Shown here piece by piece: positions 12,569 to 25,103 of a DNA stretch of 60,000 bases. Both the position numbers and the translations under genes were made by a program. The notes under the pieces are model-generated. The model made no database searches, was not told the DNA's origin, and worked only from the letters and a program-made list of their open reading frames with translations. Source of the DNA: Botryllus schlosseri. Lineage: Eukaryota. Positions within the stretch are counted from its first letter, which is position 1, and each line of letters begins with the position of its first letter. The stretch is taken from the NCBI GenBank assembly GCA_051294905.1, contig CM119372.1, positions 16,680,001 through 16,740,000 on the forward strand, written 5' to 3'.

Positions 12569-13164
12569 CAGGGTTGTAATGACTCGAGTCATGACTCGAC
12601 TCGGGTCCGAATCGAGTCACGATTTTCTGATGACTCGACTTGACTCGAGTCATTTTTTTAAAATACGTAAATGACTCGACTCGACTCGAGTCAATCTGTG
12701 TATTGACTCGACTTGGACTCGAGTCATTGCGCATGACTCGGGTCAAGTCATTGACTCGAGACTCAGACGGCCAATACCGACATTTCATTGTAATTTCGAA
12801 GAATTGTGAAGTAACCACCCTACTGAGATTTCGTCTGATTGGTACTGTTACTTTAAAATGCGACCAGGAACTGCAAAAAGGGAGGGGAATTAGTATATTT
12901 TAAATGCGAAACATTCGATATCACCAAACACAGTTATTTAAAGTGAGTTTAACAAAGCTTTAACTGGAAACTGAGCAGTCAACATAATAACTTGGACTCG
13001 GGCTCGAGTCATATTACCATGACTCGGACTTGACGCTCTGCTCGATGACTTGGACTCGGACTTGACTCGGTAGTGAATTGAAAATGACTCGACTTGACTC
13101 GAGTCAAAACAATAAAAGTGAAATTGACTTGTGACTTGAGCCTTGTGACTTGGTTACAACCCTG
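12569..13164. mobile_element. hAT MITE, family C (CAGGGTTGTAA TIR, GACTCGAGTC repeats)
   Basis: TIR cagggttgtaa/ttacaaccctg; both ends match the 25724-27776 element in the opposite orientation. Confidence 0.88.
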
Positions 13165-13179
13165 GCCATAACATGAAGC

Positions 13180-13473
13180 AAGCCGTAAGTCGTTTGTTTG
13201 TTTGGGGTATTCATGGTGTTTGTCGACTACAACGGTCATTTACACCAGGCCGGTTTTCTGCATTTTCGATTCAATATCTGCCGACTTGTCGTACGGCCCG
13301 CTTCCAATCTTTTTGTACGACGCCGCTTTCGTAGATGAGGTGGGGAGGGGAGGAGGAGCCTAGATAAACCTCCAACCCTTAGGTAGGTATTATGAAGTCG
13401 ACCTCGGTTGGACTCGAACCCGCAACCCATTGGTGTTGCAGCCGTAAATTAACCAACTGCGCTATCTCGCCAC
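13180..13473 (-). mobile_element. tRNA-derived SINE (second family)
   Basis: Minus strand has A box TAGCGCAGTTGG, B box GGTTCGAGTCC and a CAAA-repeat tail; related copies at ~54535-54770, ~19790-19837 and ~36935-36980. Confidence 0.78.
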
Positions 13474-13539
13474 AAGCAAGCCATAAGCGCATCTGACTAT
13501 GGGTTGAATATGTTTTTAGTAGGGATACCGCACCCTCTC

Positions 13540-13800
13540 CGAGCGAGATAGTGTAATGGTGATGAGTCCGGTTTCTTGATCGGCAAGTCGTGGGTTCGAT
13601 TCCCGGCCGGATCAGACCAAAGACTTGAATACTGGTATCCGCGGCTATCCTGGTAGGCGCTCAGCATCCACGGATAGCATTGAGGAGAAAAAACGGTGGT
13701 GCAGACTAGGATTCGGTTGCCATATGTGCTGACCGTTTTTCAGTAACCAGCCTATCTCTCATTCGGTTGCCCAATTGTTGCGGTGATCAATATCAAAATT
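13540..13800 (+). mobile_element. tRNA-derived SINE (third family) with a conserved-looking central domain
   Basis: A box TAGTGTAATGG and B box GGTTCGATTCC, then GACCAAAGACTTGAATACTGGTA...TAGGCGCTCAGCA. Confidence 0.75.
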
Positions 13801-15225
13801 ACTATTTTGACCAGTCAACGTGCTTGTGTTTGGTATATATCTGTATCGCCTGTTTGTATATGCTCTCGACGACAAAAACGTTAACAAGTTACCCCTGGAT
13901 AGTATTGCGAAACCGGTGACTCGACGGACTTCGTATTAGATTCGTAAACAGTGATAGGGAACTCGCCTTATCAAATTTTAAAAGCATTACCTCATAGATA
14001 AATGGGAGAGCATTTGATGAAAACCAGAACACCACGTAAAGTAGGCTACAGCGTGTCCGTAGCCCAATATCGACGCTATTGCCGTGATAGTGTTACTGGA
14101 TTGTCTATCAAAGAAAGACACTCCCAGGCATCGTATTCGTCATCGACATTCTTCCCAATGAGAGATTATATAGTTTTTGAGGAGTTTGGCAAGAAAAGTA
14201 CAAAATAAAAGGAAGAATTCTTTAATCTTGGGAGGACGCTTTTGACAATAGACGATAGCCTTTCGTTTGCAGTAAAAGCCTCGCGTTTGGCTACAATCGC
14301 GCCGTAAAGAGATGTAGACTGATCTAAAAGGCAGATCTAATAGTTTATAATCCTGCAGCTCGCGGATGTTCTTAGAATTCTCTACACAGACAGAGCAACT
14401 GTCACGTTTGGACGTTTCATAGCACGAGAAATCAGGATCTGGGTTACCCACTGTAGTGGTTGCAGTTTTCAATCATGAAAAGTATAAAGGAACTTCGACC
14501 ATACCCGTCATCGGAAGTTTTGGAAAGAGCGTCCCCATTAAAGTACTGACGTGAGGTTTCCGATAAATATAGCAGGTATACATTGTAGAGAAATAGGTAT
14601 CATAGCCAAATATATCGCAGAAGCAATTCAGGTGATCAGGAAACCGCCCGAGTAGAATAGATCCGCTTTTACGGACTCTTGTTGGATTTCGTAGAATTCG
14701 GTACTGTGTGAATGGCCTAAGTGCCCAGAAGTATTTGAAAGGTACCTGAATGTTGTTGCTAAATTTTCAAGATAATTACTTTTGCGAATGCGATGCCGTG
14801 GCAGTGAGTTACAGTTCAGATCTCTATGCAGGCTACGTTCCGAGCGGCAACGACTATAATATTCATTGCTCACAATCATGCTCATACTCATGCTTAATTG
14901 CTCACAGATGACGAGGCTACTCAGCCTAGCTAATAAGTAAAATGAATAATGTAGATGTCCTTGTCCACATATCTCTACTTGCCAATCGCATTGGGTGAGT
15001 AGGCCTATTGCTGAATGCTGATACCGAATTAAATGGTTAAATTTCCATAAATTTCCATAGTGACTTTAAGTCACTGACTTACCGAACTATGTAGCTGTAC
15101 GGAACAAAATGTGCCAATACTTTCCACGTTATTCAATATGCATATCTTATTGAATTTTTTTTCAGAGCTATACGATTCTATACTATAAAACTACCTTCAT
15201 CTGTAGCGTGAACTCCGAACAAACC

Positions 15226-18200
15226 ATGTCCAGCGTGGCATCTGAAGTTATATGTTCTGTAATAATACTGCTTGGATTATGCGGCATTTTGGCAGCTATT
15301 CTTGACCCAAAATGGGAGGTTCAAGATCTTGAAAGCATTCGGATACAAGCAAACGCTGAGGTGACGACATATTTGTAATCTCGGACGCAACAGTTTCAAT
15401 TTTAATAACCACTGGGAAAAGAAAAACGCTGCGTTGCAAATAGTGGTTGCCGTGCTAATAGCAGGCCGTGGTAAAATATTTTATATTTCAGTATCGCGGT
15501 CTTTGGATAAGATGCGAACCTGACATATCCGGCAGTACAACCTGCTGGTCGTACAAAAGTTTCTTTATTGGACTGCCGACGAAGTTGCAAGCTGGTAAGA
15601 ATAAAGTAATATACAAAGAACGGAAGAAAGTTCTAAACGCCACATATATCACCCGATTGTTTCTACTTCATTTTGCATTGCTCGTTATTTCGTGTTACCA
15701 CCTTTCTTTATGTACTATATGTTCAATGACCGTGGTGCAAAACGCCGTCAGGCAATAAGCGCCATTTTTTTGTTGTTGAATAAACAACAACAACAACAAT
15801 AACAATAACAAATTAAGAAGGTGATGTGGTGAACAGATCATCCAATTCGATATACTAGGGATGGTGCAAACAGCCAGTTCATGGTTTACGGATACACAGT
15901 AACTTCGGATCTATTGGAAGTTGCTATATATTCCTGTGATAGACATTTCGTTAAATTCACGTCATTGTAAGCAACATTATTCGAATTGCTCCAAGCATAC
16001 TTTGATTAAGGACTATACTACTCAGTCAATATATAGACTATATAGACTAGGGTTACCATACCTCCTCTTTTAAGAGGATTTGTCCTCTTATTTGATTTTT
16101 TTGAAAGTGTCCTCGGAGGACGCCTAAATGTTCTCTTTTTGAGAATTTGTCCTATTCTTTGAAAATTTTGGTTAAATGCACATGGAAATTGGACGGGGAT
16201 ATAGGAAATTTGCGCTCAAGTAACGGTTCGGTCGGCTTTTCGGGTCTGGAGCCAGAAAAATCTTTTTTTAGTCAACCAACGCGAAAGCTCATTTAGAAAC
16301 TCGGTATTTCGGGAGTTGAGGCGGAAAGTTGACTTTTTTTTATTAAGTTAACCAATCACAAACTCGAGAAAAATTAACCATTCCCCGGATTTTACTCCAG
16401 TATCGTGAGTCTGATAATTTTGAAAAAGTGTCCTCTTCTCAGATTCTCGAAATATGGAACCCTAATATAGACAGGGTGCAGACAGAAATACAAAAGTACA
16501 TTCCAATGCAAACCCTCATCTATATTTTGGATTAGGCCTCTATGACTTCGTCGCGTTTTCAAACGTTCATGATATTGCGATTTTAGATAGCTAGTTGGCA
16601 CCTCAAGTATTGCGTATATTTACAGAGTATTTGGAATTAGCTATCGGTATATGTGACGTTTTAGCTCCTCGTTGAGTTTCGTTTGTACAGAGAAACTTTT
16701 ATAAAGCTCGTGTTACTGTTCACACGACCTAGAATCTTTCAGAGGTTCGCACAATCTATACACTGATATGTATATTGTAGAATATATTATATGGCCAAGT
16801 ACGTTTATCGGCTATTGACGTAAACAAGTATGTCGCTCCGCATTCAACTTTGTGGTGTAGGGCTGTAGGCTATATCTTCCGTTTCCTAAAATGTGCGTGT
16901 TGTCGGCATATACATGATGTATTGGCTATGTAGCACTATACGAACAGTTGGGGTGATTCCTGCTCTCGAAAAGTGACCATTAGGGATGGTGTGAACTTGA
17001 GGTTCACGTTCGCGTTCTGTGTGTGAACCTCGGAAATTTCGAGGTTCGCGTTCACAACAGAACCTTGGTAGGCTCTGCACTGTGAACCTTTTTATTAAAT
17101 TTTAATTTGCACTTCATTATAAGATCTTTGGTTCTAATTTATTGCATTTCAACTGCTGCGGGTCACTCTATGCATGGCGCTGGCAGCATAAAAAATCAAC
17201 ACTAAACGAGCAAGCACCCTGAAAACCTTAAAAGTTTTACTTCCTTTTTTGTTACAAAACATTCTCGAAATATCCAGCTTTCCGTTTGTGAATATTTAGT
17301 GACTCTCTGCTGTGAGCTTGACCCGCAATCACTCGACATCACGAGCGAGATACGTAGTCAGCGAATGATGCTTATTCAACCAATCAATGACATTGATATC
17401 GTTTTCTGATGTAAAAAATCGAGCGGGCGTACGGGGTCAATCTGACTTCATATCTTTACTGTACCATTAAAACCAAATCCGTGCGATTAAGGTGCTGGCT
17501 ACTGTTATATAACTTGTTGTTTATGGTATCGGTAGCGAGTATAGAAAACCGTTTTACACTCTGCTCAATATCAATGTAGCAATACTCAGACTCCAAACAC
17601 ATTGTCCGGTCTGGCTAAGACCGTTAAGGCGTAAGCTTAAATTCCCTGGTAAGTCCTCGTCGAAATTGTTGGCAAAGCGACGGAATGTATTGATTTTATG
17701 AGATTATTATATCCTTTGATAACCGCGGTTGATACATATAGCGACGTTTAAAACGCCAATATGTACTTCAGCAATGTGACATTATGTGGCCCGAGTCTTC
17801 TCTAGGTATCGTGTACATTAATATAGGCTATCACTTCATTGAAAGATAGGGTTGCAATTAGCAATATGACGTCACGAGGTTCACGTTCGTGTTCACACAG
17901 AACCTTTCAAAAAGTTCGCGTTCACACGAACCCGAACCTTTCAGAGGTTCACACCATCCCTAGTGACCATATCGACGGGGATGAAAGTATGGCTATATTC
18001 GCAATGCATAGAATAGATAGCTCAACGTCTTCACAACAAATCACTCTTACTCCGTTTTCAGTTCCCGTAGATACTATTATTCACCGTAATAGGAGTCGTG
18101 ATGTGAAGGCAAGCACTTCAGCACTATTATACGAGAATGCCCTATTTCATTGAGATGAGCACACTTAAGTTACGGCAATATCTTTTGATCAATGACCACT

Positions 18201-18877
18201 AGCATCAGCTGCATAGTAATTAGGCTACATCCAATTCCGTCGGCAGAGAAGTCTTGGTTTGAAGTGAAAGTTAGATTCCTCTAATAATAATTCTTTTCAG
18301 CGCGCGGATTCTTGATCACGTCACTCGCACTGAGCCTGTTCTCGTTCGTTCTCTGTATATCCTCCGTTTCCACAATATCATGCGCCAGCGACAATCCTGT
18401 CATCAGGGTAAGTACAGTATTATTTACCGACCGAATGTTATCCTATCAACAATGGCATCATAATATTAATTCCTTCAATTCTATCGTTTGCTGTTCGGAG
18501 CATTAACGTATGACACTCGTAGAATCGATTTCGGAAGCTCGGGGCTGTTTTCGCCCTTCTTGCGGGATTTGCAATACTGTCTGGTACGTCCTGGTACGCT
18601 TCGGACGTGCTGAGAAAATACTACGAGAAGCTGTTCGAGTCGCAGTGAGATATCATGAATTTCCCATCCGATGTATGGGAGCCAAACGTTTTATATTCGC
18701 AGAGAAAGCAGGACGGTGCTTGGTGAAGCAATCTTCATCGGGTGGACGGCTTCATTCCTGTGTCTTCTGGGCGGTGCGCTAGCTGCGTTCATTTCTTGCT
18801 TCTCAGACAACGACGAGACCGAATATCGAAGAGAAGACATTTACGTTCCATCGAAAATTGCGAAGGAGTACGTCTGA
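15226..18877 (+). CDS. Claudin-family tight-junction protein A (5 exons, ~213 aa)
   Basis: Exons 15226-15360, 15492-15594, 18301-18407, 18523-18644, 18703-18877 splice GT-AG in frame. The product has W..GLW..C..C in ECL1 (KWEV...RGLWIRC...TTC), four hydrophobic segments, LGEAIFIGW before TM4 and a C-terminal EYV PDZ-binding motif. Confidence 0.92.
16048..16464. mobile_element. MITE family B in claudin A intron 2
   Basis: TIR tagggttaccata/tatggaacccta; perfect TSD ATATAGAC. Confidence 0.85.
16981..17962 (-). mobile_element. MITE family A in claudin A intron 2
   Basis: Perfect TIR tagggatggtgtgaac/gttcacaccatcccta; perfect TSD GTGACCAT. Confidence 0.92.
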
Positions 18878-19235
18878 TGGATTTGTACGGAATTCGGTAC
18901 CTTTGCAAATAGCGTGGGTGACGGACGATGCGTTTTTCGTTATTAATTTCGCTCTCTATCCGAACGTGTTGAGTCATATTTATGGACTTTTGTAATGTTT
19001 GTAATGTAACGCTGTTGTTGTTGTTAATTTGCTGACGAAATGTGAATCGCCGCAAGCGTTCAACTCAACACGTCTGCTGCATCTATGGTTGTAATGCTGA
19101 CAAGTCGAAATCGGGTGTACTTGTACGTATGTACACTACTCTTCAATAGATTCTCTATGACGAGTCATTGCCAAAATTCATGGTCACTACCTTTGAAACT
19201 GCCGCTTCCAAGTCACACACGTTATGCCTGTAGGT

Positions 19236-20109
19236 CAGGGGCGGGCAACTTCTCCAGTCGGCGGGCCGGATATAAGAAAATGAACTACTTGGCGGGCCGG
19301 ATTGCTGAATCGATACATTGTTCGCCCATTTATACGCATATACAAGGAATAAATTGTATTCAATGAATGTATTTTAACGACAGCAATGTCACTTCAAAGT
19401 CATTTCTCGCCGATAATGACGAATACAATGTGGATTTGAGAAATGCATTGTCATACAGGCGCGGCCATGTATGCTTCTCTCTGATCAATTAACACACGGT
19501 GCAATCCTTAATCAAGATTTCAAGGCGTTCGATAAGCCCGGTACACCGATTTACCAAGATATCAATTCATTAGGGTTGAGTAGGTGACGAGATAGCGTCG
19601 TTGTTCAACTGTTACCTAATTAATCTCGATATTGAATTCATATGGCCGCGTCCTCTACGAAATTTGAAAAGTGGCCCGCGACCCGTTTTGAGTTGGCGAC
19701 CCCTGGCATAAGCGGTGCCTTACAAAAGCCTAGAAATGTGCCGGGCTACAAGTAGGCGGTTACTGAATCAAAAATAAGAAATATCAGACTGGTGTAAATG
19801 ACTATTGTAGTCGACAAACACCATGATTACCACAAACGCCATTAGGGTTGAGTGCATCGTAAATGCCGATAATGCAAGTCTTCCCGCTTCGACGAAGTTA
19901 CGCGGAAGCTCCACTCTCGCACGCTGCGCACACACGTATAAAGTAACATACAGTCACTAAATTTTGACGTAGTGAGCAAGTAAAGGGGAATCTCAGCAGA
20001 CTGGGGCGGTGGGCCACATTATAATGTAAGACGGAAAACTGTCCGCGGACCGGACAAAATTCCTTCGCGGGCCTGACCCGGCCCGCGGGCCGTATGTTGC
20101 CCGCCCTTG
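19236..20109. mobile_element. Charlie/Buster-like hAT MITE with GGCCCGCGGGCC subterminal motifs; contains an internal second terminus and a SINE 3' fragment
   Basis: TIR caggggcgggcaac/gttgcccgcccttg; TSD CTGTAGGT/CTGTAGTT; internal gttggcgacccctg at ~19692-19705. Confidence 0.8.
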
Positions 20110-20167
20110 CTGTAGTTGGTTAGCACCCGTGGAAATCTGAGTGCCCCCAGCCCGATACGATGCGATC

Positions 20168-21365
20168 CAGGGATCGGGAACCTATGGCTCGCGAGTCACA
20201 TATGGATCTTTTGGTGATATGGTGTGGCTCTTTGATAAATTTTCAATTTTTCACTGAATTCGCGTCTTATTCATAGATTTTACAGCAACGTTTTTCAAAA
20301 TTTTCATAACGGCCCGACTCATTATTCTTATGATTGCAGCGACAATTAAATGTGAGGTCAAGGCAGTGGGGAGTTATAAAGGGCTCGGAACCACCCCTTT
20401 TAAAATTCCTAAAATTTGTGTCCAATATTGCTCACTGAAGTGCTCTTTTATCTGTCCAATATGATCGTTGTTTTCTATAATCGGGCAAATACCGTAGCTC
20501 CAAGTTATTTAACGGTCTACATCGAACAAGTCTAATCCACCGAGTTCGATGCGAAGTTTGTATACTTGAAAAACAAAGTTCCTGTCGCGGCCAGTGGCGA
20601 ATATGCCGTGTCCAAGCCACACGCGAATTCGCCGTACCCAATCGCACGCTTTCAAATCTTGGATTGCACGATGTGTTGATTGATGAGAGGGGAAACGCAG
20701 AGAAACCATCGTCGAGAAACGAACTTCACTGGAAGTGACATTGCCAATTACAAATTCAAATTAAAAACATCGTCATGTAGGCTTGCAGCTAAACAATACG
20801 TTGCCGCGGTATGATTTAAAAATTGAGGATTAAAGTTGACCAAATGATATCACTTAATATTATACTCCGTCGCTGAAGAGTTTATCCCGGTTTTGGGTAC
20901 TGATTGAACTTTCCGTGACTGCCACTAGGAAAAGTGAGGTATGGAAATCATCGCGGGTGATGTACGAACTCCGTGGAAAGCCGCTTAATTGTAAACAGGG
21001 TGTTACTGAAGAAAAAACAGTAGATTTACACTTTTACTGTTGTCTACACTTATTGGTTTTGTTCTAAAATGTACGCAAATTGCCTGGAGTTTCGAATAAT
21101 ATCATATATAGCTCTCACGGAAATGCAAGTAAAAAGATGTAATTAGCAAAGGGTTCCCGACCCATATAGCTAAGCAAAGTTAGTACATGCTGGTAACCGG
21201 CTGGATTAGGGCGGGTGCGGGAGTAATAACATCACATGACGTCACAAATATTCAATTATGACGTCACAGTTGGTTGACATCGTCGTATGGCTCTGCATGT
21301 TGGAGGTACAATTGGAAATATTGGACCAATATGACTCTTTTGATGAAAAAGGTTGCCGACCCCTG
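20168..21365. mobile_element. Degenerate Charlie-like hAT MITE(s)
   Basis: Left end cagggatcgggaacct; right-end-like ggttcccgaccca (~21152) and aggttgccgacccctg (~21350-21365); no clean TSD. Confidence 0.55.
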
Positions 21366-22458
21366 TAATATACGAACGGGAGCGGTCAAAGCAATTCCTC
21401 CGTTTGACGCCCTGAAATATGAGATGCAGAAACGAGAAACAAGATTTTTGCAAAGACTGAATAACGCAATGCACGGTATCTGCTTAGAAATATAATGTCG
21501 ATATTCATACGGTGGCCACCGGTCTTGTTTCGCTAGATTAGCAATGACTTTTGTGAGTTTCATTCAGGCCAAAGACACGGAATTATAAATGCACCGTGGA
21601 AATGGATGTACAATTGTATAGTGTACAATACATATTACGCGGTATTAAAGCACCTGACCTGCTGAAAATCAACCAAGCGTCATCATTATATATCGTATCA
21701 ACCCATGAAGAATTAGGCTACGTCACGTCACATAGGACGATTCTGAAAATCGGTGGCGATGTTTAAGGAACGCCATCAATCACGACATTGCCTGTATATT
21801 ATACACTTCGCCCTTATTGGGTCCAATTTATTATGCCAGTACCGGGCACCCCAAAAGAATTGAATCCACCATGCAGAACGATGCTGTACTACGAATTCCA
21901 AACATATTCACATTACACACTCCAACACACACTAAGTCTTAGGACTAACTCATTACATACAAGTATTTTCACCAAACTTTGATTGCTTTAAATTCGTTCT
22001 CAATTTATCAATGCAACGACGAAATTTTCTATGTATTACCATCCCATGAAGTAGCCTCAAATTTTTCGAAACTTTTCGTCAATTATTATAAAGTTTAGTA
22101 TTTTTGAGCATATGTATTCCACTTGAAATGTTTTTTCGCGTTCGGTGCGATATATAATTTCGGTAGTTTTTTAATTGTTGAGTGTCCGCCTCTTGATGAA
22201 TCAGAATAAAAAGGCCTAAATAAAAACACGCATGATGTACAGAATTGTATCTAACTATGCGTGTGTGCTGCCAGCGGTTGCGGGACTATTAGGCATCAGC
22301 TTTTCGGACCCAAAAACACACAGCAAGGCAGATATGTTTTAGCGAACACCAAGTGCGACCCGAGGAAGATCGCCGGCGTTAGAATCTTATTCGCATATCG
22401 TGCGTAATGGCCCAGTCCTTGCAATCTGATTCCGGTAGTAAAAATCCAGGGAGCAGAG

Positions 22459-23403
22459 CAGTGTTGTGATGACTCGAGTCATGACTTGACTCGAGTCACT
22501 TTTTTCGCATGACTTGACTTGACTCGAGTCACTTTGCTAAAACGACTTGACTTGACTTGACTCGGCGTATCAGAAATGTGGATTGACTCGTGACTCGGAC
22601 CAAAATTCACGAGTCAATTTCAAGTCATCAAGTAATCGGTGTCGATAAAAATCACTTGTATCTTGCATATATTCGGATTGTTCGCGAAACGCTGGTGTAA
22701 CCCGTGAGAGCGACTAATCATTAAAATATCGTGCGTTTCACTGAGTCTCGATTGTTCTCTCACAAATAAATTGACCGCAAACGAAGTGATCGAAGCTTAG
22801 TGCTTACGTTGTCGTAACTCTAGTAGTAAAGTAATAAAATAGCGAAATGTTCTCTGTTCTTACCTTAACCAAACCTCTTGTCTTATTGAAATCGAATATA
22901 GTTTATATAGTTCGTAACCATTAGCGCAGGCTCGAATAATATCATATCGATTTTTAAATGGGTAATGTATTGCGTCTTATCAATTCGTTTCTCTATTCTC
23001 TGTTTTGGCTGCTAACTATAAACTGAGGCTATGCAATTACGTAGTTTAACAGTTCCACGTATACGTGAGCGATGCAGCGTCTTCTTGCGTGAATATTTAA
23101 CTCTATATTCGTTCATCGGTTCGGAATCAATGACCACTCGATGTGTATTTCAGACAGCTAGCAAATTGCAATGACGTAATCATGCCTCATACTTCGAAAA
23201 GGCAACTTGACTTAATATGTGACTTGACTCGTGACTTGACTTGACTTGATTCGACTTGACTCGAGTCACCTTCCAAAAATCGAGTGACTTGACTTGACTC
23301 GAGTCACTTTCGAAAATCGATTGACTTGACTTGACTCGAGTCAAAATGGGCAATGACTCGAAATGACTCGTGTCTCGAAGGTAGTGACTTGATCCCAACA
23401 CTG
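22459..23403. mobile_element. hAT MITE with GACTT/GACTCGAGTC subterminal arrays (family C-related)
   Basis: TIR cagtgttg(t/g)gat/atcccaacactg; perfect TSD GAGCAGAG. Confidence 0.88.
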
Positions 23404-25103
23404 GAGCAGAGGCAGTAAATATTGCACCCCGTGAATAAATGCAAATTGGGAATCGTGCGCCTCTCACCAAATACCAAATTTCTCTTTGAATTAGTTGTGG
23501 TACGTGTGAGCGATCTCTTGAGTGGCCACAACTTGGTCTGGGGGTCACAAAACAGTATGCGTCTTAACCAAGTAAGTAGCCAACCCGACGCTCAGTCTCA
23601 GAACTCATGAATAGTCTTTCTGTGTGGTATGAGAATAATAGCTCAAGATGCCCCAAAGTTATTTCTTAAATAAACATAAATTCATAGAGTAGTTTCGTTA
23701 GAATCATTAAAGTTGTAATTTTTCTCCGCGCTTGGCGCGACGTAATGTTACGCTACGTACATGACTTGATTTTATTATGAGAACTCCATTTACCAGAAAC
23801 AATTTGATTTGGTTTGATATATAGAAATAGGCATTTTGGTGTCGTCGACATATGTCCAACTGTAGGTTGTTCCATGTTCATATACGTGCCTAAATGGGCG
23901 GGACCGAATAGTCTGTCTTCGTAATCTGATAAAATGCCGGACTCCGTGATGTAATGTCAACTTGGAATTGTGTTTGTCTCACAAAAGCAGTTCTTCTTTT
24001 TGTTTAGTCCGATAGCCTACATCTGTGCGATTTCAATATCTTTTACCCATATAGCAGCTGGGAATTCACGAAATAACAAGTGAAACAGATTAATTAATAA
24101 CAATGACCCTCCCCCGTAGATGTATAATTAATTAATTAATTAATTAATTGTACATCATTAACGTGCCACAAACTTTCGAAGACACCACCACACTTTAGAT
24201 CTACCGGAAAATCTGATCAAGTGGGTAATTGTATGCAATTACTAATATTCTTGACAAAATTCAGTGATTAATTACGAAATTTATTCGCGCTTCGCATCTT
24301 AAGAGATACACGCTGTGCCTACATGACAATGCATTCGGGCTTTCGAGTAGCCGAGACATGGGCGGTCTAGGGAACAAAGCCCTCCAGATGTTCGGTTGAT
24401 TGTCCAAGACAATTACAAGTAACAATGTTAATGACCAAATTCATCCAATAACTCAATAAGTTTGAAAATTTTCGCGCTTCGCGAATATCTAGTGGCACCT
24501 TTGCTTTCCATAACATTACGATTGTGGGTGAAGGATCACCCTAGCTCAGCGCCTAGAAGTAGTGGTAATCATCCAATAATAGCCCAAGATCATAGTTTTT
24601 TTACCATATTTTTTCAACTGGGGAGGGGGGGCGTTTTTTACTGCATGAAATTTTGCCCCCCTTCCCAAATATTTTTTTCGGGCTACGCTCTTGTATACCA
24701 TCGTCTATCGCCACGTGGTAGTATAGCTAACGAGGATCGTTCCATATTAGATAAACCCTCGCCCGAAATGCAATCAATAAAGTCATGCGGTGATTGGAGT
24801 CATATTGCCATTTCAACGTTCAAAAACGGTAGCATACATCTTCACACTGATCGTAGTCTATAAGATTTATGTATGCATGATTGTACGTATACTCTGAAGC
24901 GGCAAATATATTTGCTACTTGAAATTGCATAAACCGTTTCATATGAACGTCTTCAACTCAATTCAAAATATGTATCTTCATGTATTATTATTTATGATTA
25001 CAAAGTCCGGTAATGCATTTGGTGATAGTGGTTATCGGTCATTGACAAGGGCCACCGTAGTTGCTGGCGTACAATGCGGAGTTCTTCTTAGACTCTGTCC
25101 ATA

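Noticed and set aside
12522..13239. ORFs and a CRISPR-like appearance of GACTCGAGTC repeats (also at 22459-23403 and the 25724/27776 ends)
   Set aside because: The repeats are irregularly spaced with no spacer structure or cas genes, and lie inside TIR/TSD-bounded hAT elements.
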